Shown piece by piece: positions 1 through 13,400 of a stretch of 64,000 nucleotides of DNA. Made by a program: the position numbers and the translations under genes. How positions within the stretch are numbered: the first letter of the stretch is position 1; every line of letters begins with the position of its first letter. This DNA comes from Octopus vulgaris (lineage: Eukaryota): the NCBI GenBank assembly GCA_951406725.2, contig OX597819.1:131750001-131814000 (forward strand). The letters run 5' to 3'. The notes under the pieces were generated by a model that saw only the letters and a list, made by a program, of their open reading frames with translations, was not told the DNA's origin and made no database searches.

Positions 1-1385
1 GTATGTGCATATTTGTGTATGTGTATTTTTGAGCATATGTGTTTGTATGTATGTCTCTATATCTGCATGTTGACGGTGAGCTAGCAGAATCGTTAGCACA
101 TCGGGCAAAATGCTTAGCGGTATTTCATCTGCCGTTACGTTCTGAGTCAATGTAATCGACTTAATCCCTTTGTCTGTCCTTGTTTGTCCCCTCTGTGCTT
201 AGCCACCTGTGGGCAATAAAGAAATATATATCTGATGTTGACATTGCTTTGTAAAAGAGTTCTGGTTTTGTTTGTGCTGTAACTTAGCAGTACAACAAAC
301 AGAGACTATTAAGCACCAGATATTGATATGTTTGAGTAAAACCTTTCACATTGCACACATGACTGCAGTCCAATGAAAGCAAAAGAAAAAGCAGATCAAA
401 GTTTAGTCTCAGAATGTTGACACTATTGACAAGAAAGTGTAAAAAAAACAACAGCAAAAAATTAGTGAAAACCTACAGAGAGATGCTATGCAAAAGGTTA
501 AACAACAAAGGGTTCATTTCCACTGTGCGGCACCTTGGGCATGAGTCTTGTGAGCGGATTTGATAGAAGGAAACTGAAAGAAGCCCATCATATATGTGTA
601 GGCTTGTGCTTACATTTGTGCTCTTTGAGTTGTGAGCTATGAAAGGGTGTTGCTTTTGTCAGTTCTTTTGGCCTATAAAACAACGCTTCAATAATATATT
701 CATCTAACCCATGCTAGCATGGAAAAAACAGACATAAAATAAATGCTGTGAAACTTAGACCCACTTTCACTTACATAAATATGCAGCTGTTGCTCACTGA
801 AGACTAGGTTAGTAAGGAAAATGAGATGTTAATCAAATGTCACAAATGGGTGCTGATTAAAGACTTATGATTAAAGACTTCATTGATAAAACAGATCACT
901 GTTAACTAACACGAAACATCAGAAATTGATAAAGAAAATTACATATGACAGCACAGTAACGATAATGACACCATTACTATAATTAATAAAATTATTATTG
1001 CAAACCCACAGAAACATCAATTCTGTTGAATAAGACAAACATTCTTCACAAACATTCTTAGTGGAACAATCTTGACTACATTTTTTTTTTAAAAAGCAGT
1101 GAGTGAGTGAGTGTGTGTGTGTTCTACTCGCTTTTTGTTGTAATATTAATATGAAATGTAATTTTAAAGTCATCAAGATTTTAAGTGATTAAAAATATTT
1201 GCATGCATAATTAAACTTATGATAAAACCATTTTAAGTTTTCTAAGATTACTAGATAAGCCCAAAATCTTTGACAAGAAACAGCTGCAAAATTAATCAGT
1301 TTACAAAAAAAAAAAAAAAACTACACAAAATAGTTTTTTTTTAAGTAGGAGAACACCATGCTTGAAGCTTCAACTCAATACCTAC

Positions 1386-1415
1386 CAACAATAATTGGTG
1401 CCGAAAATTTGTCTT
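1386..1415 (-). CDS. Microexon 16, 30 nt: (E)DKFSAPIIV
   Basis: tttttttcttatcag|AAGACAAATTTTCGGCACCAATTATTGTTG|gtaggt; GCATG at +25..+29. Confidence 0.78.
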
Positions 1416-4400
1416 CTGATAAGAAAAAAAAGATATCTATATATATATGTATAAAAAGTGTCAGCTATTTTATACACACCACAAATTATTGTGAGCATAT
1501 TATATATATATAAACAACTTAAAATTTATAAATTTATTATAAGATTAAAATTTAATTGTAATGTTAACATTATTCCCTTTCTACGGCAAGTTTTACCATT
1601 CTGATATGGGTTGTATTGGTGAGCAAGACTGCATCTTACAATGCTTCTTCGTCCTTTATCATCTCACTTGTGATGGTCACCAAAGTTGCCATATCAGATT
1701 TCTTTTCTTGTGATCTATCTTTGCAACAGAAACAATTCACCCCACCTAGCATGTACAACTAATTAGGGCAGTCACCTGGTTATCAGGAATGTATATTCCG
1801 GGCCCACCGAATGAACACTGCTCACCCACCCAAAATGGTAAATTTTTCTTCCTAATAATTGTTCTTGGAGATAGAATGATAGAGTCTTGTTATACTTTGT
1901 TTCCAAATGTAATATATACACACCCTTGGAGGCGCAATGGCCCAGTGGTTAGGGCAGCGGACTCGCAGTCATAGGATCGCGGTTTCGATTCCCAGACCGG
2001 GCGTTGTGAGTGTTTATTGAGCGAAAACACCTAAAAGCTCCACGAGGCTCCGACAGGGGATGGTGGTGATCCCTGCTGTACTCTTTCACCACAACTTTCT
2101 CTCACTCTTACTTCCTGTTTCTGTTGTACCTGTATTTCAAAGGGCCGGCTTTGTCACTCTCTGTGTCATGCTGAATATCCCCGAGAACTACGTTAAGGGT
2201 ACACGTGTCTGTGGAGTGCTCAGCCACTTACACGTTAATTTCACGAGCAGGCTGTTCTGTTGATCGGATCAACCAGAACCCTCATCGTCGTAACCGACGG
2301 AGTGTTTCCATCCATATACCCACCCAGACTGATGTTGGAGTTGTCAGTAGAGAAAGAAATAGCTTCAAGTTTATATAATCTATAGTAAAGACAACAGTAA
2401 CAGATTCAACATAACGGACCCCAGAGATAACAACTCCCCCCCTCCATACATCACTCTCTCTCTCTCTCTGCAATAACTGTTGACACCAACAAGAAGCTGC
2501 TGTTATGCAACTGCTGTAGTATTTTTTATGCCCACTCACTACCACTGTTGTGCAGCATAAGATTCACAGAAATCTCAACCAAATGTCAACAAGAATAACA
2601 CTTGTCTAAACTTTCCATCTGCAGGTCATAGTCACAGCTGGAATTCTAAGTTTACCATTTAAGCAACAATACTTCACTACATCGAAAGAAACTTGGGCTC
2701 TCAGATTATTATTATGCAGTGAAGTGCATCTAAGTGAAGTGCACCACTTGTGCATTGTTTGCATGAAATTTAAAACAGTAAATTCTTGTTTTTCCTTCTT
2801 TCTTGTATTCCTAACAAAACCATTTTTTTTTTTAGAGATTACACCTTTATATGGCTGAAGCAGGAAGACCAAAAATGGCTTGAAAGTCATAATATGCCGG
2901 TAGGAAATAACATCACTAGGTGAGACAAGCTGACACTGAATTAACTTCGCTGACTGACAGGTGACGGTCGTTTAGAGAATGTGCGGGCTAAGACTACACA
3001 CCTTCATTGGTCAGTTAAAGTTGAGACAGTGTCACGTGACAACTTGCTGGGGCTGCCTGCTGGAGCCTAGTAGCAGGTATTTAAAGGGAAAAAATTTGAC
3101 AAGACAGTCAGTTGCCGGCTGACACTTGTTGACGCTTACACCAAAGAGGCCAGGGAACAGAAGAAAGAAGACACCTCCGAAAGGTGGGGGGGGCACCACA
3201 TCAAAACGGTAGAGGAGTACGAGCCGAAACTGGACGTGGTTCCTCCTGATGATGTCTTGAGCTAACTAGATCCTATAAAGGAGCTGTTGTGGTAGCAGAC
3301 CACGAAACACAGTTGTAATTCCTCCTTATTGTCCTGGAAACTAATTAACTAATTAGGAACTAGCAACACAAGTCTACCCTTCCAAGGATTTTCTCTGGTT
3401 GTTAACCATTCTAAAATACGACACCAGATCATCAGCATCCAGTCAGATAAGCAAACCAAACCTCTCTTGCAACACTATGAAGTATTAAGATTAAGAAGGA
3501 AGGTTTGAAGATGAAGCTATTTCCTAACCTATTTTCCCCAGGCTTCACAATAACTTTCCAGGAAAATGTATGCCCCCACCAGTGGTTGGGGAAAAAAACA
3601 ACTTTATTTTTAATATTTTACCACAATTATTTACTGTAAAAGACTATCATTAACTCTTTTATTAAGTATTGAGTATAAACAAAAAAAGTGCATTATTGAT
3701 TAAGAAAAAAAAGTGAACCTTGTGCCTGGTGACCACAGCACCATGCCCTGCCACAATTTTCTCAGGCCCCACGTTGGGAACCACTTCTTTAAAGGGTAAT
3801 TACAGTAAAACTAATTATTTTAATTCTAAACAACATCCTCTTGAAAGCCCCATTCCTGTAATAATGCTGTTACAGAACAATAAATTAACAGGGGAAGAGA
3901 GTAAAGTTTTCTCCCTTGCATTAGAGAGTTCCTTACTCCCTTCAAAATGAATGTGAACAAGGTTAGTATGAATCTTGTGACATCCTGTGTTTCAGGAGTA
4001 GTTGACCGACAGAGTCCCCAAATGCTATTAGGTTTTACAGGAAGTTAAGAGTCAATAGACAGTTATAATTTGAAGAAATAAAACTTGATTATTTTGCATC
4101 TTTTTGAATTTATAACAATCCTTGTAAACAACGTCATGATATAATGTTCAACAGAAATTATCACCAAACAGCATTCTACGTAAAAATTGCCAAACGTTTT
4201 CTCAGGAAAAATTAAAACTGATAAAAGTGATTGCAATGTATGATCGTTATAAAAAATAATTATCAATATTAATGCAAGCAATCGATATATTTCTGGTATT
4301 TATTTTATCAACCCCAGCCAGATTTAAACTAAAAAAAAGTAACTGAATTATATGATATTTAAAACCACAAACATAAATACATATATTTTGTAAAATGTTG

Positions 4401-7400
4401 TTAATTAATAAATATTATTGATTTATTGTTTTGGCATCAAAATTTCACTATCTTTGAATTATATCTAACTCTATAAAAAATTTCAATACTTTTCATTGAA
4501 AATATATTTGAAGTATTATTATTGCTATAAAAATTTATCAAAAGTTCAGTATGAGAAAATAGCTACATAGATTATTAATTGATATAAGTATTATTTAAGA
4601 AAACCTTTAAACAATACAGATAAGTTGGACAAAGTATGTAAAACGATGTCAATAAATAAAGACATGATGCTATATCACTCTATGTAGATTGTTTAATGCT
4701 TCAGTTATATCCCAGGAAAGTTTCCTTTAAGAAACATAACACACCAGAATGAAGTATGAACTACTGTCTTATTTTTGCTAAAGGAAATGATTCCCCAAAA
4801 TGTAAAAGAAGCATTCAACATAGAGTGATGTCTTGTCTCTGTCTTTATTCATTGACATCACCTGACAGATTTTGCCTAACTTCTCATCGGTATTGCTTAA
4901 AGGTCCGCTTAAAAATATTTCAAACAAATTACAAAACTTGTTTAATCTTTTAATCATACATAAAGGAAACCATTTAGTTTTTATTACATAACTCAAGACA
5001 AAATATAAGGCGGCATTTTTTTTTGTGAATCAAGAATTAATGTCTAATTTAACAGCAACATTGCAAACTGGGTTTTAACAAAATATTTTAGATTATTGTT
5101 TAGGATTAGATATGCTTAAATATGTAGCTTTATTTATATTTAGAAAATTACTATTTGTAAATCTCACAACAAGAGATATTCAGCAATAATACTTTGGAGT
5201 AAAAATTGTTTGCCAACATAACATGGCAGTCCTGGTTTAGGACAAATGTTGCTGTAATTTAGCCCCAGGAGACATCATCACCAGCTGGCGATACAACATG
5301 ATCTGTGTCCTTATATTTTCAAACAAGGCAATCTAGCACCCCAACTCAGCTCAAAACAATATCTGTGTATCATTTCCGGGTTATTTCCCTTCATCAGCAC
5401 AGAATAATTGTTCGGCTATTTATACTTAAATTATTTATATTTAAATGAAGATCTTTTGTAAACTGCATTTATAGATTTTGGGGTTGCAAAGTTTAAAGAG
5501 GTGTTTCAGTTGTATTTATTTTTCTGTGAGCTAATCAAACAGTATGAATCACTAGAAGCAAGTATGGTTATGAAATGATGAGGACTGTCTAGTTACGTAC
5601 CATCGATCTCAGTATCGCTGATCACTTCTTCAGCTGGAACAGAAATGGTACAGACTTCAGAAAAAATACAAAAATAAAAGACTTCTTTTTAGTTACAAAT
5701 AAACTATTAATTACCATCAAAGATGATTGCTTTAAACAGAGCAAAGTACAATTGTTTCGTCACTAGGAACACTAGAAACCTAGGGGAATAGAGTTGATTC
5801 AATAATAAACAAAAGTTGTGGTTTTTGAGGGTTTTTTTCCTAATTCAGTTTGATAAAGTTATAGAGTTTTTCACAGTTGATAACAGAAAAACAAACCAGA
5901 GAAAACTAGAACCTATAAAGATACTTAAAAGAGCTTTGGGATTCCTAAGACAAGAATTTGTGAGTAAACTTGGATAAGGGAATTCAAGAAAATGAAAGAG
6001 TTACAGAAGGAAGAAACTGAAAATATGGAGAAAAAAAAATTAAACGTTTTTAGTGATGGGCAAGATTCTTCAAAAAATGAGTTTTGTTTTATAGAGACAT
6101 TTAAATGAGGATCTCACAACAAATTTCAATCAGTTTTGTTTATGGAAGTCTAATAAATATTCCAGAAACCAATATGGACTACATTTTCCTTGTTACTGAT
6201 TACACTGCCATAAAAATAGCCTTTCTTTCAAGCAAAAGTCCAATAAAAGACATTGTCCAAAGCCATGTTTCAAGAAATCATAAAAATGCTAAGCATTGAA
6301 CATACTCTTCTCTGAAAGTTTTCCAGATCAAAATTAAAACTCTTATACAACATCCACCTTAAAAATTCTGTATTGTATGAAAGCTACAGGCTACAAATCC
6401 AGTGAAGTCATCAAACCTGTTTTTTATTTTTTTCTGTCTATTGAAAGTCAGCCTGAATAATGACATTTCTTTCCAAATATTTTCATAAACCAGTTATGAA
6501 TGACAAACTTTCAGAAGTAGGTCAGTGAAAAAGAAATATCTATTTAAAGAATTCTAAGAGAATCTAAGTTTTGTCAGGTTCTTGGAGAATTTATATTCTT
6601 CAAGTAGCAATTTGTTCAAACATTTCATAAATAACTTAACAGACTTAATTAAAGGAAATGAGAGAATAGACCCATTCCTCTCTCTCACACACACACATAC
6701 AAAGAGAAACTCTCAACCACACTTAATTCATAAACCTCTCCTAAAAGTGCTTATCATTTTCCTTCAAGACAATTTATTCCCGTCATAAACTCTACTGGAA
6801 GTAAAACAATACAACCCCTAAAACAGCATCAATATAGTTGTACTCTTATAGTTGCCTTCAAATTTTACCATAAAAGAAAACACTGAGATACAAGGCTTGG
6901 AAAGAAGCTACTGTAAAACTTGGCAGCAAGAATGAATATGGTAATTGTGAAATTGGATCACAACAGCACAAGAACAAACACCACAGCAATTAGAAATAAC
7001 AAAGTTGTAGTGAATTTAGCATCTAACGGCTGTTGTGTGTTAGATTATTCCAGAAGAACTTTCAGTGTAGCACCAAAACCAACGGCTTACCACAGACATA
7101 AGAGATTTGTTTCATGTGCATACTGACATCAAAATTTGGTAAAAGAGGGAACTTGGTGGAGCTATAAGACCAATGAGGTTTTAAAAAAGGACTTTGCTAC
7201 AGAAGGTAAATATGGTAAAGATCAAAATTATGATCGAGGTTGTTTGTAATAAACGATAGAGATCAGAAGTAAGATATTGTCAGAATTACATCAACGACAG
7301 GAAATAATTAAGATTTAAGGGGGGGGGGGGAATGACCGTACATTAATTAAAATATACAAGATTAAGTGATGAAGATTATCATATAACATCCAGTTACCTA

Positions 7401-10400
7401 CCATCGGGATCAATATCACTGACCACTTCTTCGACTGGAACAAAAACAGGAGATGCGTCAATAAATGGATAAATGAACAAATTTCTGAACACAGCTGATT
7501 AGTATCAAACCACAAAAATATTTCTGGATTAGTTTTTGAACAAAGCAAACGTTTGGCAATCGTTTCCAATAATTTCATCCATTTATGCAACAGAAATGAA
7601 GAGGGATTGCCTTAAAAAATTATGAAAGTAGAGAAAGTTCTACAACCCTAATGAAAGAAGACATTTCCTTTAAGATTGTACCACAATGGTGATATTTACA
7701 ATAGAAAACGGTTTATAGGGCTTCTTTTTTTTTTTTAGTTTTTCTCCAGTCAGTCATCATACTCAACAGAAACAAATAGTAATATTGAATTTTGAATATT
7801 AAATAAGTTCTACTACAAACAGATATGACCCCAAATTAACTGTTTATGAACAGCAGCTGCTGTGAACAATTATAAAGATATTTGAAGGTTCTAAAGTTGA
7901 AATAACATGCAAATCAACCAGAAGGTACCTACCCACTCCAACTGGAGGTGGTAAATCTTCTGTTAAAGTGAAACAAAAAATAAAAATAAGTAAATAACAT
8001 TGATATTTTAAAGAATGTATAATATTATTACACAATCATCATTTGAGTACCGAATTAGACACAGGACCTTGGTTATTCACACAAAAATATTCACCAGGTT
8101 AAATCACTTAAAAGCAGCTGTACATACACATACACGCACTAATATATATATATATATATATTTCTTTATTGCCCACAAGGGGCTAAACACAGAGGGGACA
8201 AACAAGGACAGACAAAGGGATTAAGTCGTTTTACATCGACCCCAGTGCGTAACTGGTACTTTATTTATCGACCCCGAAAGGATGAAAGGCAAAGTCGACC
8301 TCGGCGGAATATATATATATATATGTATATATCAACAATGTGTGCATTAGAATGGCAATGAAAAGCTATGAATGTTTCCTATGGTTATACAAAACAAATC
8401 TAATCTAATTTTGACAGTTCTGATCTTTTATTAAAAAGTTAAATTGGAATAAATGGCAACGATAGGCTGGAATCTCATGTAAACAAGAGTTTGCCTTAGA
8501 AAAACTTCCATTTCTAAAGAGATTTTAAAAATTATCAGAGATATCAACTAACTAAAGTGGCATATTTTGAAAAAAATGGTGAAGAAAGAGAGAATCAGGA
8601 ATAACTAGTTACCTACCATCAAAATCAATATCACTGACTTCTTCCACTGGAACAGAAACACGATGGAATTCAAACAAAGATACAATGGAATAATACACAT
8701 TTATGTCAAAGACTTATTAGTCTTTGCACCACAGCAATATTTCTAGCTTAATTTTGGACAAAACTTTATAATCTTTAATCCCCTCACTAACAACTATAGA
8801 ATAAAGTTTGATTTCTTTGACAAATTAAACTTTTATTAAATTTTATTTACAAAAAACAAACAAACTAATTAACTAAATTTCATACCATATTTAAAATCTT
8901 GCTTAGGGTTTATTCTCATAATAAGAAAGCTTTCTGCTCAACAGAAATCCATAGATTTTATAAAACTTTGCAAGGTGATTATTAGTAGAATAATTATCAC
9001 CAAAGAAAAAATACAAGAAATATTTCAAACAGTTTGTGCCTTAAACATCTTCTAAAATGATTGCTCAAAAGAAACTTCAACAAAAGGACATGATACAATA
9101 AAATAGAAAGGCTACATTACACATTTACACAGTTCTATTTGTAGGTCCTAACTATCTATAAAGAAATCTTTTCTTCAGAAAAATTTAGAGTTTAGCCGAG
9201 ATTTTATTCTAACTGATGATTGAAGCATTGATATGATCAATAAGAAATCTTTGCTATTTTATGCTAATATTTTGGTTGATGTAACTAAAGGATCATAGGA
9301 CTGAACTGAGATTTGTGAATTGATAGGATTGTACATCTTCAATGCACAATAATTCTTGAAAATGTCACTAATAACATTAACAAGTGAATATCAGTTTATT
9401 TCCTGACATGAAATCTTGACTATGCTGCTCGTTATTATAATAATGCGTTAAAAGAGAGTGCTTCCAAAGATAGGACTCATTATATATATTGAACAATGCT
9501 AATGATCATAAACTCAGTAGGAAAGAAATACTATATAGTATAATACTATATAGTATAATCCAAACTATAGTTTAAATGTTGGTCCAATGATGCCAAAAGT
9601 TTCATAAATTTTATAAATTAACATTTCCCCATAAACTGTTGATATTATAACATTAAAAATAATATTGTGGTGAGCTCCAGTTGCATTATAACAGCTTGGG
9701 CCGCTCCCTTAGCTATTATATAACTGAGAAAGCCTTGAAACATTAATGCAGCAAAGAACAAAACTCTATGTTTATGTGTGCTGTGTCTGGAAGCTAATTT
9801 GGGAGGGGGGGACTTTTTTTGAAAGCTGTTTTTTATTAGTAAAACCTTCCACAGTTAATCTCTATAGAATGGTGATGCCAGCAGCAAATATTTTTTTCTG
9901 TTTGATTCTGTTTCCTGTATTGTGTTGCATTGGGTCCTCGTTGTAAATGCAGGATCAACCAATGAGAAAGTGTCATTCCTGTTGAAGTCTGACACAACAG
10001 TTGAAGTCATGAAGTTTACAACGTCCGACCTTTACACTGAAATTTCTTTATTGCACAGGTTGTCTGTTCTGTTCTGCAAATCTTTAGTTTCATGTTGACC
10101 AGAACGATTTTCATTCCAGTATTTTTGTAATTTACTCTGACAGTGAGTTTATGGGGAGGCATGTTACATGTTCTGTTTTAAGACATATTCAGCCACTCTG
10201 TAACTCAGGTGCACTTGGTTCTTCTAGTGTGTGTGTGTAGTAGTAGTAGTAGTAGTAGTATACTACATAAGCTATATATGTGTTGGCTTTTGTTTTTTTA
10301 CTGAGTGCTCTATTGATTGCATCAACATAGGTGAATGTGTTGTTTGGTCAACTAATATAGATTAATCTGTAGAATAATCTAATAATCTCTTCAAGGCATC

Positions 10401-13400
10401 CATTATTAATTAATGTTTGTTTCACTTGTAACATTTCTTTATCACCATCATCATCATCACCATCATCTGTTTTCCATGCTGGCATGGATTGGACTGGTTG
10501 TCACAGATATTTTGCACAATCCATTTTGGGCACAATTTCTATGTGTGGGTGTCTTTTTTAACACCTACCACTCCACAGTATCTTTTGAATGTATTTTACT
10601 GTAGCACAAACATGAGTGAAGTCACCAATTCAATGTTTGTTTCACTCCACAGGTCGACAGTCCTACTCCAGTGCTGGGTGTCAGCAATGGTTGCAGTCAT
10701 TTATTTATGGGTGGGGACGGATCACTCTCGGTGGGTATGTAAAGGCATTTATGATTTTTGTGTATACTGAAGTCTTTTATGTGTCATTCCTTATCCTACA
10801 CTTATTTCCCAAAAGAGGAAATAGCTATTAGGCTAGAACTGTGTGTGATTGTAAATCTAAGAATGGAATTATTTCCAAGATCAACTTAAAGACCTGTTCT
10901 TCCCTATTTCTCTCTCTATAAATATATCATTGACATATCTGCTGTAAATGATGAAGTCTTGCTTAGGGATACTACAAATGAGGGCCTAGGGACAGAATCC
11001 ATGGAGCCACCTAGGAGTACAGATCATTATGAAGCTAAGCAAATCTTTATTGTTAACAATGGAAGTAAAATACAAATCTAAAATCAATTCTCAAAGATGG
11101 CATACACAAACTATGAACACCACCAGCAGCAAACCTTTGAATTATAAGCTGACGTTTGCTATTTTGTCCCTTCTAAGCAGTATTCCCAGAATTCTTTGAA
11201 TATATATATATATTGTGTCCTTTTCTGTAGAAGAGCGTAGGCTCGAAACATAAAAGACTTTTTCAATTCCTGAGCGTTATACTAATACATCTGTTTGCTT
11301 TCTACACCACCTGTCTTCGTCTTGTTTTTTTCATGAACTCTCCCCCTATATACATATATATATATATTCAAATATTCTTTGCTGTTTATAATTGCATACA
11401 ATATTTAGAGAAAAATTTAAATTTTAAATTCCTCTTCAAATATATTGTTTTATCCTTTGGGAGTGTGCAAAGTGACCAGTGGACATTCCTTCAGAAAACT
11501 ACAATATATATTTTGAATTGAGAAATGACAAGCTGAGTCAAGTGCTGATGAATATAATAGGCCTTAAATCGAAAAGGTTTTTTTAGGTAAAACTTGTCAT
11601 TAAACTAATAAGCTGTCTTATGTTACTTACAAAACAACTTACAAACAGAAAACCTTAAATACTAATCAAAGTTTTATTTGAGATAATTCTTAAGAATAGT
11701 TATAAAGACTCCCCATTTAAAACACTAAATTCTATTGTAATGCAGAAGACTCGGGTGTTTAGAGTAAACCTATATTTGTTGTATAAATATTGAGAGAGAG
11801 AAAAATGATAAAGATCAGGAAGAGAAATGACAAAACATGCAAATCAACTATGAGGTACCTACCCTCATCAATTGGAGGTGGTAAGTCTTCTAGTCATGTA
11901 AAATAAAAGTCAAAGATATAAATAGAATCGATTTGAATCAATGCCATAATATACATAGGAGTCTATCAATTCAATAGCAAAACAGACATTCCAGATTGTA
12001 TGTCGGACACATGAAAAAAAAGAGCCTAGTTTTAACAGCAACCAGGAAATTAGAAAACGGAAAATTGTAATCTGTAGAAAAGGACTTCATTGGAACAAGG
12101 AGTTTATAATCCCCTTAATTCATGGATATACATCAGAGACTATAAAGTCTTCAACATAAGAAGTTATGTACACACCTGAATGTGTGTTTCCACAGGTTTT
12201 TCTAGTAAACATGTAGTTTAAGCATATTCACACAGTAATCTTATGTGGCAGTGTTGTATTCTCGGAAAAAATTAAAATCCCTTTTATGTAACAATATTTA
12301 AGGTTTCCAATAGCAACGGGTTGGAAATCTGCTTCATCAAGTGTTCAGATTTAAATAAAAATCTCAACTTTCAAAAAATTATCCCAATCTATTAATGCCA
12401 ACATCTTAACTGACGAGCGTTTCACTTGGCTGTTAAGTTACAACATTTAATACAACCAGCTTTATAACAAATATTTTATACAATCAACATTTAATATAAC
12501 CGATGAAAAAAAATCCAGCCATTTTACTAAATGTGTTCAAATTCATTGAAACATCCAGACAGGAAATCAAGTTATCAGAGAGACCAAATAATGTGGTAGG
12601 TTAACAATATCATCCTACATTTCACTGAAAAATACAAAACTAAATGATCAGAACTATCATCTAGCGGTTAGTTTACCTACCCTCAACATCAACATCAACA
12701 TCACTGACCACTTCTTCCACTGGAACAGAAACAGGACAGAATTCAACATGGAATAATAATAATAATAATAATAATATACATTTATGTTAAAGACACTTTG
12801 TTAATTCTGGACAAAGCAAAGTTAGGATAATTATCTTCAATCCCCCTGACTAATAAATATAGAATAATGAATAACTAATGATAGATGGATTTAACTGGTC
12901 TGTCAGTCAATAAAAATCACAACTACAACAGCTGTACTCTCTAGCTGTCCCTAAAATAAGAAAATGGTGAAATATACCAAAATTCATTTTCAAGATAAAA
13001 GAACTTAAAAAATGAAAAAAAGTACATATGTTAAAAGTAATTTAAGTTCTTTGGTATTTAATATGATTTTACTTGAGAATACATAAGTGAGAGATGGGCT
13101 GCTACAAAGAGGATAGAACATTGATTGGCTGTGGCGCAAAGGGCCATGGAGGAATATCATTACGAGAACATATTCAAAATGAAATAATTTAAGATTGGAG
13201 CAAAGATTACAATGTGATTACAGAATACCAAAAGCACAAGTTCCGCTGGGCAGGACATGTTGCAGGGTTCCCAGACAAAAGGTGGACCTGTGCAGTTGCC
13301 AAGTGGTATACATGAGATAAAAAAAAAAAAAAGCCACCTGGAAGTCTACCACAATGGTGAGAAGACAATCTAGTTAAGCAATATGGTTCAAGATAAAAAA

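Noticed and set aside
1928-2000. tRNA gene call for SINE heads (also at 27848, 48790, 53382, 56147)
   Set aside because: No complete cloverleaf or acceptor stem; followed by repeated SINE bodies.
7091-7122. AG..GTAAGC-bounded segment in the gap where a Pro exon was expected
   Set aside because: 32 nt, not frame-preserving, and no similarity to the other exons.
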